A stretch of 64,000 nt of DNA, from positions 637 through 64,636 of the forward strand of contig JAKOSR010000090.1 of NCBI GenBank assembly GCA_029777225.1, written 5' to 3'. Every line of letters begins with the position of its first letter. The stretch's first letter is position 1. Positions 38,048-46,673 of this stretch are shown piece by piece. Source of the stretch: Chloroflexota bacterium (lineage in GTDB: Bacteria; Chloroflexota; Anaerolineae; Anaerolineales; Anaerolineaceae). The position numbers were made by a program, and so were the translations under genes. Below the pieces are notes generated by a model. That model was not told where the DNA came from. It searched no databases and saw only the letters and a program-made list of their open reading frames with translations.

Positions 38048-38752
38048 ATGGAAATGAAAAGAATGAATCGTGAAACCATCATGGGCTGGATCAGGTCACT
38101 GGCCAAACGGCTTGTCGTTTTGGATGTTGAAGGGGCTGAGAACATCCCCGCGACTGGGGCGCTCCTGCTGACAACAAGCCATATCAGCCGCCTGGACACC
38201 CCGTTCCTGATGCTCTCTACGGAACGAAAAGACGTGATTGGCGTTGTGGCCCAGGAATACAAGCGTGCTCCATTTTTTGGCTGGGTGCTCAACGCGCTTC
38301 GGGTAATCTGGATTTCGCGAGGGGAAAACGACATGGATGCCCTGCGTGAAGTCATGTCGTTCCTGTCCAAAGGCTGGGTGGTTGGGATTGCCCCAGAAGG
38401 TCGGCGTTCAAGGTCTGGCCAGCTGGAAGAAGGCAAACCCGGCGCGGCGCTCATCGCGGAGCGGGCAGATGTGCCCATCATCGCCGCGACAGTGTCCGGC
38501 TCGGATACGATGACGCGCTCGCTGCTCCGTTTTCGCAAGATGCGTGTTCGGGTGGCCTTCGGCAAGCCTTACAAGTTGGCCATCGAGGACCTTGAGCACC
38601 ACAAAGAGAGGCTGCAGTCCGCAACGGACGAAATCATGTGCCAGATTGCCGCGCTGATGCCCGCGGAACTGCGGGGTTATTACGCGGAATACCCCCGGGT
38701 GGGTGAGATCCTGGCCGGCCAGAACCCCCCAAGCTTAGGAGGAGAACAATGA
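38048..38752 (+). CDS. plsC: 1-acyl-sn-glycerol-3-phosphate acyltransferase
   Basis: HX4D block TSHISRLD, IAPEGRRS and VPIIAATV. Confidence 0.8.
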   Translation: MEMKRMNRETIMGWIRSLAKRLVVLDVEGAENIPATGALLLTTSHISRLDTPFLMLSTERKDVIGVVAQEYKRAPFFGWVLNALRVIWISRGENDMDALREVMSFLSKGWVVGIAPEGRRSRSGQLEEGKPGAALIAERADVPIIAATVSGSDTMTRSLLRFRKMRVRVAFGKPYKLAIEDLEHHKERLQSATDEIMCQIAALMPAELRGYYAEYPRVGEILAGQNPPSLGGEQ

Positions 38753-39429
38753 TCCCAATCCGTGATGAAACCAAAACCCGCACGACCCCCATTGTGAATT
38801 ATTTGCTCATTCTGGCCAACGTCGCGGTCTTCCTTTACATGCTTCTGCTTGGCCCAAAGGCGGACTCCCTGGTGTACCAATATGCCATGACGCCCGCCAA
38901 CGTGACCTCAGGCCTGGATTTTGGCGACATCCGCTCGACACTCATCAGCATGTTCATGCACGCCGGATGGATGCACCTTATTGGGAACATGCTTTACCTG
39001 TGGATTTTTGGCGACAATGTGGAAGATCACCTTGGGCACGTGGGCTACCTGCTTTTCTACCTGGCGGGTGGCTTCGTGGCAGCCGGTGCGCACGTGTTGG
39101 TGAATCCCAGCTCACAAATCCCGACCGTGGGCGCGAGCGGGGCCATCGCGGCGGTGCTGGGAGCCTACCTGATTTTCTATCCGCGTGCACGGGTTTACAC
39201 CTTCGTCCCGCTGGGCTATTTTATGCGCCTCACCCTGCTGCCAGCATCCATCGTCTTGGTGATGTGGTTCGTGCTGCAGCTTTTCAATGGCGTGTTGAGC
39301 ATTGGCGCGGCAGATGTGGGTGGAACTGCCTTCTGGGCGCACATCGGCGGATTTGTTTTCGGGGTGGTTGTTGGGTTCCTGTTCAAGAACCGGTCCGCGA
39401 CCAAGCCCGCACCGCCCGTTTGGAGCTAA
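38749..39429 (+). CDS. Rhomboid-family intramembrane serine protease
   Basis: HAGWMHLIGNMLYLW, catalytic GASGAIAAV and the later HIGGFVFG. The start overlaps the plsC stop (ATGA). Confidence 0.85.
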   Translation: MIPIRDETKTRTTPIVNYLLILANVAVFLYMLLLGPKADSLVYQYAMTPANVTSGLDFGDIRSTLISMFMHAGWMHLIGNMLYLWIFGDNVEDHLGHVGYLLFYLAGGFVAAGAHVLVNPSSQIPTVGASGAIAAVLGAYLIFYPRARVYTFVPLGYFMRLTLLPASIVLVMWFVLQLFNGVLSIGAADVGGTAFWAHIGGFVFGVVVGFLFKNRSATKPAPPVWS

Positions 39430-39443
39430 ACCGATAGATTCTT

Positions 39444-39481
39444 AAAAAAACAGGCCGCGCCAATCGCGCGGCCTGTTTTTT
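39444..39481. terminator. Bidirectional intrinsic terminator (rhomboid gene / galE)
   Basis: AAAAAAA-ACAGGCCGCG-CCAATCG-CGCGGCCTGT-TTTTTT forms a 10-bp GC-rich stem with an A-run and a T-run on either side. Confidence 0.75.
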
Positions 39482-39493
39482 GAGGGCTTGGGT

Positions 39494-40504
39494 TTAATAG
39501 TGGATCACCCGGTCCCGAACCTGGCCCCAGCGGAGGGCATCGGCGATGCCTTGCTCGATGGAAAGTTCCGCTTTCCAACCAAGCAGGCGGGCGGCCTTGT
39601 CCGCGTTGGCAAAGGCGCCAGCCACGTCCCCCGGACGGGCTGGGCGAATCGAGACGGGGATTTTTTGGCCGTAGACCTTCTCGAAGGCGGCAATGAATTC
39701 CTTGACGGTGACTCCTTTGCCGGTCCCCAGGTTGATTACCGAATAGGGAGTGCCGACGGAGGCTTCCGCCTCGATGACCGAGTCGAACCGTTCCACCGCG
39801 TTCAGGTGGGCGCGGGCCAGGTCCCAAACATGGAGGTAATCACGGATGCCGGAACCATCCCGAGTGGGCCAGTCGACGCCCGTCAGGTAAAAGACGGGTT
39901 CACGCCCCAGGGCCACCTCGACCAACTTGCCGATCAGGTGGGTTGGGAACTGGATGTGCAAGCCAGTGCGCATTTTGGGGTCAGCCCCGATGGGGTTAAA
40001 ATAACGCAGGGCAATGCCTTTCAGGTTGTACGCGCTGCAAAAATCGCTCAGAATCATTTCCATCATGTACTTGGTACGCGAGTAGGGGCTGTTTGGCCGC
40101 AAGGGGGATTCCTCGGTAACCATAAAACCAGGGACCACATCATAAAGCGCCGCGGAGGAACTGAAGACCACACGGTTGTAGCCAAGCTCCGAGAGCAAAC
40201 GGAAAAATTCCATGGACTTGACCACGTTTTCCTTGTAATACTCGTAGGGCCGGGTGACCGATTCCGGCACCACAATCAGGGCGGCACAGTGGATGGTGGC
40301 GAAAATATCGGGATGGTCGCTAAAAACACGACGGACCATCGCCCGGTCCGCGATATCCGCCTCGTAGAAAATCCTATCCCGCACGAATTCGCGCCGACCG
40401 GTAACCAGGGAATCGAGGAGGATGGGCGTGTGGCCGTTATCCTCCAGGACCGAAGCGATGGTACTGCCAATATAACCCGCGCCGCCAGTGATAAGAATTT
40501 TCAT
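39494..40504 (-). CDS. galE: UDP-glucose 4-epimerase
   Basis: MKILITGGAGYIGS, the SDR catalytic YSRTK, and the length. The + strand ORF 39488-40522 is its shadow. Confidence 0.9.
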   Translation of the reverse strand: MKILITGGAGYIGSTIASVLEDNGHTPILLDSLVTGRREFVRDRIFYEADIADRAMVRRVFSDHPDIFATIHCAALIVVPESVTRPYEYYKENVVKSMEFFRLLSELGYNRVVFSSSAALYDVVPGFMVTEESPLRPNSPYSRTKYMMEMILSDFCSAYNLKGIALRYFNPIGADPKMRTGLHIQFPTHLIGKLVEVALGREPVFYLTGVDWPTRDGSGIRDYLHVWDLARAHLNAVERFDSVIEAEASVGTPYSVINLGTGKGVTVKEFIAAFEKVYGQKIPVSIRPARPGDVAGAFANADKAARLLGWKAELSIEQGIADALRWGQVRDRVIHY

Positions 40505-40516
40505 GGGACCTGCTTT

Positions 40517-41842
40517 CTATGAATAAATCATTGGTTCCTGGGCTGTCACCTTGCGCACGCTGAGCAGGATGAAGAAACCCACAATCAAAAAGAGAATGAT
40601 GGCACCAACCGCCCAGAACAGCCCCGCCTGTTCCGCTGCCAGTTCGGCCATGCCGTGGTTGATGTAGAAGTTGTGCATGCGATAGGAAACCGTGCTAAAT
40701 ACCAGCGGACCGACAAAGGTGGATGTTCGGCCGGCGACGGAAAGGAAGCCGTAAAACTCAGTGGTTTTTCCGGCTGGAGCCAGCTGGGAGACCATCGTGC
40801 GGCTGACAGCCTGGGCCCCGGAGAGCGCGAAGCCGGCGAAGGCACCGATGACGAAGAACATAGTCATGGACTTGATAAAGAAAATCCCAACCAGGGAAAT
40901 CATCAGGACAACAAGGGAAATGGTGATAGCTTGCTTGCTGCTTTGTTTGTCTGAAATCTTGCCAAACAACAGCGCGCCAAGCGCGCCGGTGATTTGGATG
41001 ACAATCACAAACAGGATGAGCTGCACCTGTTCCATGCCAAAGAGAGTGGCGCCGATGATGGCCGCGAAATCCATCAGCATCATGATGCCGTCGTTGTAAA
41101 TCAGAAAGGCGGCCATGTACTTGATGAATTCCTTGTAATTACGTACGTCCCGGAAAGTGGTACCCAACTTTTTTAGGGCGACGCTGAAAACGGACTCACC
41201 GGCTGGAATGATTTCCGGTTCGGTCAGCTCGCGCACTTTCAAATAGATGGGCAAGGAGGAAAGCAGGTAAAAGAAGGCCGCAATCAGGAAGGCGAACGGG
41301 ATGAAAGCGTTGCCGATAAGTTGGATGGGAACAAGGACGAAAAGCAGTGAAATAACCCCGCCAACCATGCCGACCGCCCAGCCCTTGCCTGAGATGTAGC
41401 CGATAGTTTGGGGTGTGGAGATATCCACCAGCAGGGCATCGTAAAACACCTGCGCGCCCCGATAGCCAATTTCAGCAAGAATGAAAAAGACCATGCCGGT
41501 TATCACATCGCCAGCCCGTACAAAGAAGAGCATGGCGGTAAAAATGACCGAGAGGGTGGTGAAGATGAATAGCAGGCGTTTTTTGGAGCGGGAAAAATCC
41601 GCAATGGAACCGAGAATTGGCGAGATGAGCGCGACCAAAACCGCGGCGATGCCGACTGACCAGCCCCACAGACGGGTGCCTTCAGCCCCACCGACGACGG
41701 CGTTTTTGAAGTAGGCTGAATAAACGGCCAACAGGACAATGGCAGCGTAAGAGGAGTTGCCAAAATCGTACATGTACCAGGCGCGCCTGGCCTGGCGGGC
41801 GGACTTAGTTTGGTCCAGTAATGCTTTGGGGGATGTTTCCAT
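40517..41842 (-). CDS. MFS-type transporter (UMF1/Atg22-like, tentative)
   Basis: 12-TM profile with the N-terminal AWYMYDFGNSSYA motif typical of that MFS subfamily. Confidence 0.75.
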   Translation of the reverse strand: METSPKALLDQTKSARQARRAWYMYDFGNSSYAAIVLLAVYSAYFKNAVVGGAEGTRLWGWSVGIAAVLVALISPILGSIADFSRSKKRLLFIFTTLSVIFTAMLFFVRAGDVITGMVFFILAEIGYRGAQVFYDALLVDISTPQTIGYISGKGWAVGMVGGVISLLFVLVPIQLIGNAFIPFAFLIAAFFYLLSSLPIYLKVRELTEPEIIPAGESVFSVALKKLGTTFRDVRNYKEFIKYMAAFLIYNDGIMMLMDFAAIIGATLFGMEQVQLILFVIVIQITGALGALLFGKISDKQSSKQAITISLVVLMISLVGIFFIKSMTMFFVIGAFAGFALSGAQAVSRTMVSQLAPAGKTTEFYGFLSVAGRTSTFVGPLVFSTVSYRMHNFYINHGMAELAAEQAGLFWAVGAIILFLIVGFFILLSVRKVTAQEPMIYS

Positions 41843-42055
41843 GAAATGATTCCTATTCCTTATTGATTTCCGGCCGATTGATAAATGGGATAAGTCACCT
41901 GGGATGATGGTTTCAAAGGACCGGTTGGACTAACAATTTTTTCCGCATTATTGTATCAGACCCTTATCGTTCGCGTGTGAAATGCGCGGGGTGAGACCCG
42001 CTGGCAAGCTTGGGCAAAACGGTCGGAAGAGGTCGCGGTGGTTTAGAATTGGGGC

Positions 42056-42547
42056 ATGACCCAACAGTCCATCACAAACCCCCGGCGATTGCCGGTCGCG
42101 GAAGGCGATTACGCACCTGATTTCACGCTGGCTGATATCAACCAGCGCGTCTTTACGCTTTCAGAGCTCTATCCACTTGGCAAGGTGTTGCTGGTGTTTA
42201 ATATCGGGGTCACCTGAGGGCACTGCGTCCGACACATGGCGCAGTTGTGCCGTGACCAAGCCCGTTTTGACGCAGTGGGGACCAGCGTGCTTGTGCTCGT
42301 GCCCAATGGGCCCAACCTTCTGGGCAGGACGCTGCCGGAAATCCAGCCCACTTACCCGGTTTTGATGGACAAGGGCTCAAAGGTGGCGGCGGTTTATTCG
42401 GGAATAACGCAATACTGGTTGAACGGCACGCCCATGGCCTTTATCGTGGACAAACAGGGCGTGGTGCGGTTCGCGCGGGTTCTGGAATCTCAATCCGACG
42501 AACTGGATAACGAGGAAATTCTCACTTACCTGGCCGGGCTGGATTAA
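42056..42547 (+). CDS. Redoxin / AhpC-TSA family thiol peroxidase-like protein with in-frame TGA (candidate selenocysteine) at 42215-42217
   Basis: My translation from the ATG at 42056: MTQQSITNPRRLPVAEGDYAPDFTLADINQRVFTLSELYPLGKVLLVFNIGVT-TGA-GHCVRHMAQLCRDQARFDAVGTSVLVLVPNG... The same frame continues into track ORF 42236-42547. The TGA occupies the first Cys of the usual W-C-x-x-C motif. An in-frame TAG at 42044 bounds the N-terminus. Confidence 0.6.
42219..42251 (+). promoter_or_regulatory. Stem-loop immediately 3' of the in-frame TGA (possible bacterial SECIS element)
   Basis: GGCACTGCG (42219-42227) pairs with CGCAGT-T-GTGCC (42240-51) around a 12-nt loop. An alternative CAC(AT)GGC-GCAGTTGT-GCCGTG hairpin places a G-initiated loop about 23 nt after the TGA. 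This was not scored with any model. Confidence 0.3.
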
Positions 42548-42570
42548 GCACGCACCCCATGGATAATAAG

Positions 42571-42600
42571 AAACACCCCCGCGTGAAGCGGGGGTGTTTG
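42571..42600. terminator. Bidirectional terminator between the redoxin gene and the P-type ATPase
   Basis: AAACACCCCCGC-GTGAA-GCGGGGGTGTTT is a perfect GC-rich stem between convergent genes. Confidence 0.65.
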
Positions 42601-42619
42601 GGTATCAGAGCTCTGTAAC

Positions 42620-45493
42620 TTAAGCCTTTGAGGTTTCGAATTGCCTGGAGGCAATCGCTTTCATAACTTCCGCGGCAATGCTGGGGAGCAGGATGAGCGG
42701 CAGGATAATCAGCCAATGGGCCAGGTCTATGGAGCTGGTGTTAAAGACGTTCTGCAGGAAGGGCACATAGATAACCAACATTACCAGTACCAGGGAAACC
42801 AACACAGCCAGGTTCATGTTCTTGTTACTGAAGATGCCAATCTTGGTCAGGTTGTAGTATTCCGACCGGGATGTGTAAGCCCGTAGCAGCTCACTGCTGG
42901 AGAGCGTGACAAACGCGAGGGTTTCCGCCAGCTTGAGGCTGCCTTCCATGTTGAAGAGGCTGAGGCCTTTCCAGCCGAGCATGAAAGCGCCAAGGGTCGC
43001 GGTGGTGATGGCGATGGTTTGGACGATGATGCCCCGCAGCATGTACTTGTTGATGATTGGCTCGGTGGTGGGGCGAGGCGGGTGTTGCATGATATCCGGG
43101 TCGCCTTTTTCAGTGCCCAGGGCCAGGGCCGGCGCGCCGTCTGTAACCAGGTTGAGCCACAACAGCTGGATAGCCGTGAGGGGAGGCGGCCAACCGAACA
43201 GCGTGGCAAGGAAGATAATCATAATCTCCGCGATGTTGCAGGAAATCAGGTAGTAGACAAACTTGCGGATGTTGCTGTAGATGATGCGGCCCTGTTCCAC
43301 GGCGGAGACAATGGAGGCGTAATTGTCATCCGTGAGGACCATGTCGGCGGTTTCCTTTGCAACGTCCGTGCCGGTGATGCCCATGGCCACGCCAATATCG
43401 GAGCGTTTAATGGCTGGGGCGTCGTTGACGCCGTCGCCGGTCATCGCGACCACTTCACCATCCTGGCGCAGGGCGTCGACAATCTTCATTTTGTGTTCCG
43501 GGCTAACGCGTGCGTAGACATCGGTTATCTTGACGATTTCGCGCATTTCCTCGGGGGTCTTGTCGTCGATTTCAGCGCCGGTGAGCACCTGGTGACCAGG
43601 CAGCAGCAAGCCGATATCCTCGGCAATGGCCTTGGCGGTGTTCGGGAAATCGCCGGTAATCATGACAGAGCGAATGCCGGCTGTTTGCGCTTCCTTGAGG
43701 GCGGGTTTCACTTCCGGTCGTGAAGGATCAATCATACCAATCAGGCCGACAAAGATGAGGTCCTGTTCCAGGACTTCGCTTTCCAATGCGTCTGGCAGCT
43801 TGGCCACGGGGCGATAAGCCACCCCCAACACACGCAGGGCACGGCTGGTCATCTGTTGGTTCGCGTCCAAAACGGCCTGTTTCAGCTCGTCGGTCATCGG
43901 AATGGGGGCGTTATCCATATCCGCGCGGTACTTGCAGAGGTTCAGAACGACATCGGGGGCACCTTTGACGGCAATCACATGCCAGTTGCGGTCCTGGTCT
44001 GCAAAGAAGGGGGAAATGTCGCCACCGCCCGGATTGACGATGCTATGGATGGTGACCATGCGCTTGCGGACGGAGTCAAACGGAATTTCCTGCTTACGCG
44101 GGTAGGCCTGGTTGAGTGTCTTGGCGGATGCGCCAGCTTTGAGCGCGGCCACCAGGATGGACCCTTCGGTTGGGTCGCCAACCATGCGGTACGTGGATTT
44201 TCCTTCACTTTCACCGGAGCTTTCGAGCTGGGCGTCGTTGTTGAGCGTGCCAATCCACAGCGCGGTGCGGGCCGAGGGGTAGCGTGTTATGTCAATCTTG
44301 TTGCCATCAATCATAAAGTCGCCGACCGGTTCGTAGCCGGTGCCGGTGATATCGATGTACTGATCGTCGGTCCAGAGGCTGGTAACGGTCATTTGGTTTT
44401 GGGTGAGGGTGCCCGTCTTATCGGTGCAAATGGTGGTGACGGAGCCCAGGGTTTCCACGGACGCCAGTTTGCGGATGAGGGCGTGGCGGTTGACCATTTC
44501 ACGCATGCCACCAGCCAGGCTGATGGTGACCACGGCAGGCAAGCCTTCGGGGACAGCGGCGATTGCAAGCGAGACAGCAATCATGAACAGGTCCAACAGA
44601 CCGTCCTGGATAACCTTGCTGCCAAGGTCGAGGCCGCCATGGGTGATGAACAGCCGAATGGCGCCAATGCCGAAGACCAGGCCACACACCACCATGGCAG
44701 CGATGCCGAGGGTCTTGCCGAGCTGGTCCAGGCGCTTTTGCAGCGGGGTTTGTTCTTCTTCCACGGTTTGCAGCATGGTGGCAATCAGGCCCAGTTGCGT
44801 GTGCATACCGGTGCTGGTGACCACGCCCTTGCCACGGCCATAGGTGACGGTGGTGCCCATGAATGCGCTGTTCTGACGGTCCCCAATGGGGATGTCAGCG
44901 TTTAGCTGGCCTTCCGCGCTCTTTTTCGCCGGGACGGATTCGCCGGTGAGCGAGGCTTCTTCGATGCTCAGGTTAATGGCCTCCAGCAGGCGGATATCCG
45001 CGGGTACGAAGTTGCCGGCTTCGATGAACACCAGGTCACCCGGGACCAGTTCACGGGCCGGGATGGTTTGGCGGTGGCCGTCACGCAACACCTGGGATTC
45101 GGGGGCGGCCATCTTGCGCAGGGCAGCTAACGAGGCCTGGGCGCGTGACTCCTGGACAATGCCCATGATGGCATTCAGGACTACAATCAAGAGGATGGCG
45201 CCGGCTTCAACCCAGTCCCCCAGGACCATGGAAATGGCAGCAGCCCCAATCAGTAGCCAGATTACAAAGCTGTTGATTTGTTCCCAAAGCATCTGGAGAA
45301 AGGTGGTGCCTTTCTTTTCGACCAGTTCGTTAGTGCCATACTGGGCAATGCGCCGGCTGGCCTCTTCGGCGCTCAAACCGGTTTCAGCAGGCACATCCAG
45401 CTCCTGGAGCACCTGCTCGGGCTGAAGCGCGTGCCAGGAGATGCTCAGCTTCTCATCGGGAGCGGCCTGGGTCTTATCGGAATTTTCACTCAT
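42620..45493 (-). CDS. P-type cation-transporting ATPase (type IIA, Ca2+-ATPase-like)
   Basis: LTGES, the phosphorylation site ICTDKTGTLTQN, MITGDFPNTA, the hinge MTGDGVNDAPAIK and 10 TM segments. AAGGAGGAAGG RBS. Confidence 0.9.
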   Translation of the reverse strand: MSENSDKTQAAPDEKLSISWHALQPEQVLQELDVPAETGLSAEEASRRIAQYGTNELVEKKGTTFLQMLWEQINSFVIWLLIGAAAISMVLGDWVEAGAILLIVVLNAIMGIVQESRAQASLAALRKMAAPESQVLRDGHRQTIPARELVPGDLVFIEAGNFVPADIRLLEAINLSIEEASLTGESVPAKKSAEGQLNADIPIGDRQNSAFMGTTVTYGRGKGVVTSTGMHTQLGLIATMLQTVEEEQTPLQKRLDQLGKTLGIAAMVVCGLVFGIGAIRLFITHGGLDLGSKVIQDGLLDLFMIAVSLAIAAVPEGLPAVVTISLAGGMREMVNRHALIRKLASVETLGSVTTICTDKTGTLTQNQMTVTSLWTDDQYIDITGTGYEPVGDFMIDGNKIDITRYPSARTALWIGTLNNDAQLESSGESEGKSTYRMVGDPTEGSILVAALKAGASAKTLNQAYPRKQEIPFDSVRKRMVTIHSIVNPGGGDISPFFADQDRNWHVIAVKGAPDVVLNLCKYRADMDNAPIPMTDELKQAVLDANQQMTSRALRVLGVAYRPVAKLPDALESEVLEQDLIFVGLIGMIDPSRPEVKPALKEAQTAGIRSVMITGDFPNTAKAIAEDIGLLLPGHQVLTGAEIDDKTPEEMREIVKITDVYARVSPEHKMKIVDALRQDGEVVAMTGDGVNDAPAIKRSDIGVAMGITGTDVAKETADMVLTDDNYASIVSAVEQGRIIYSNIRKFVYYLISCNIAEIMIIFLATLFGWPPPLTAIQLLWLNLVTDGAPALALGTEKGDPDIMQHPPRPTTEPIINKYMLRGIIVQTIAITTATLGAFMLGWKGLSLFNMEGSLKLAETLAFVTLSSSELLRAYTSRSEYYNLTKIGIFSNKNMNLAVLVSLVLVMLVIYVPFLQNVFNTSSIDLAHWLIILPLILLPSIAAEVMKAIASRQFETSKA

Positions 45494-45664
45494 ACTATCC
45501 TTCCTCCTTGGTAGTAATAATTTACACTAAACTCTCATTATAGCCGAAATGTCTGGCATGCCTGCCGGATGGAGGTCTGGAAAAGGCCGGCCTCCCGTCA
45601 GGGCTGGCAATAAATTGGCGGCGGACGAACGCTGGCTGAAAGACGGGGATGGTACAATTTGGGC

Positions 45665-46669
45665 ATGGCATGGAACATCCTCGGGAATGAAGGCAGCGTC
45701 AATTTTTTAAAGGAGCACACCCGTGCTGAGAAGCTGCGGCATGCCTACCTGATTACCGGCCCACTGGGTTCAGGCAGGCGCACGCTGGCCCTGGCGTTCG
45801 TTAAAGCGCTGAACTGTGAGCATCCGCCGGCTGAAGGTGAGTTTTGTGGCCAATGCCTGCCCTGCAGGCAGATTGACGGCCAAGCCTTTCCCGATTTGTT
45901 CGTTTTAACCCCACCTGAGGGGGCGCGCGATTTGCGCATAGACCAGGTGCGGGAGATGCAGCAAACCCTGGCGCTTTCGCCTTATCGTTCCAAGTACCGC
46001 GTGGTGCTCATCCCGGATTTTCAACGGGCGACTGCTGCGGCCTCCAACGCCCTGCTCAAGTCGCTGGAGGAGCCACCTTCCAAGGCTTTGCTCATCCTGA
46101 CCGCGGACGCCCGGGAAAGCCTGTTGGAAACCATCGCGTCGCGTTGCGAGGTTGTGCGTATGCGTCCGTTACCGGTGGGGGAGCTTGAAAAAGGGCTGGT
46201 GACGGATTTCGCGTTGGCACCGGAAAAGTCCAGGCTCCTGGCGCACCTTTCGGCTGGCCGGGTGGGCTACGCGGTGCGCTACGCGCGGGATGAAAGCCTG
46301 CTTGAGCGCCACCAGGAAGCGATGGACCAGCTGCTTGAGCAGTTATCCAGTTCACGACGGGCGAGGTTGCAGTACGCCGAACGCCTGAGCAAGCAAAAAA
46401 CACCTTCCAGGGAGCAGTTCACATGGCTGGTTTCAGCCTGGCTGCCGTTCTGGCGCGATGTGCTGATTTGCCGCGAAAATGCAAGCCTACCATTGGTTAA
46501 CCTGGCGTATGAGGCACGCATCCAGGCGACCGCGCGAGCAGTGGACCACGCCACAGCGCTTTCCATCCTAAAGGCGCATGAAGAAGCGCTTGCCGCGCTG
46601 GATAAATACGCGAATCCGCGTTTGGTGTTTGAAAACCTGCTGATGCGCTTGCCAAAGCTGGACGTTTAG
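45665..46669 (+). CDS. holB: DNA polymerase III delta' subunit
   Basis: HAYLITGPLGSGRRTLA, a Cys-rich module (CEHPPAEGEFCGQCLPC) and the SRC motif (IASRCEV). Confidence 0.85.
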   Translation: MAWNILGNEGSVNFLKEHTRAEKLRHAYLITGPLGSGRRTLALAFVKALNCEHPPAEGEFCGQCLPCRQIDGQAFPDLFVLTPPEGARDLRIDQVREMQQTLALSPYRSKYRVVLIPDFQRATAAASNALLKSLEEPPSKALLILTADARESLLETIASRCEVVRMRPLPVGELEKGLVTDFALAPEKSRLLAHLSAGRVGYAVRYARDESLLERHQEAMDQLLEQLSSSRRARLQYAERLSKQKTPSREQFTWLVSAWLPFWRDVLICRENASLPLVNLAYEARIQATARAVDHATALSILKAHEEALAALDKYANPRLVFENLLMRLPKLDV

Positions 46670-46673
46670 CCCC

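Noticed and set aside
39488-40522. 344-aa + strand ORF
   Set aside because: It is an antisense shadow of galE, which has the GGAGYIGS and YSRTK motifs.
42236-42547. Track ORF of 103 aa taken as a stand-alone gene starting at MAQLCRDQ
   Set aside because: It would be a redoxin lacking its first beta-alpha-beta unit and its active-site motif. The 53 codons upstream of the TGA are in the same frame and are clearly the missing N-terminus. The locus is therefore either a Sec gene or a nonsense pseudogene, not a 103-aa protein.
43856-44905. 349-aa + strand ORF
   Set aside because: It is antisense to the P-type ATPase, which has the DKTGTLT and TGDGVNDAP motifs.
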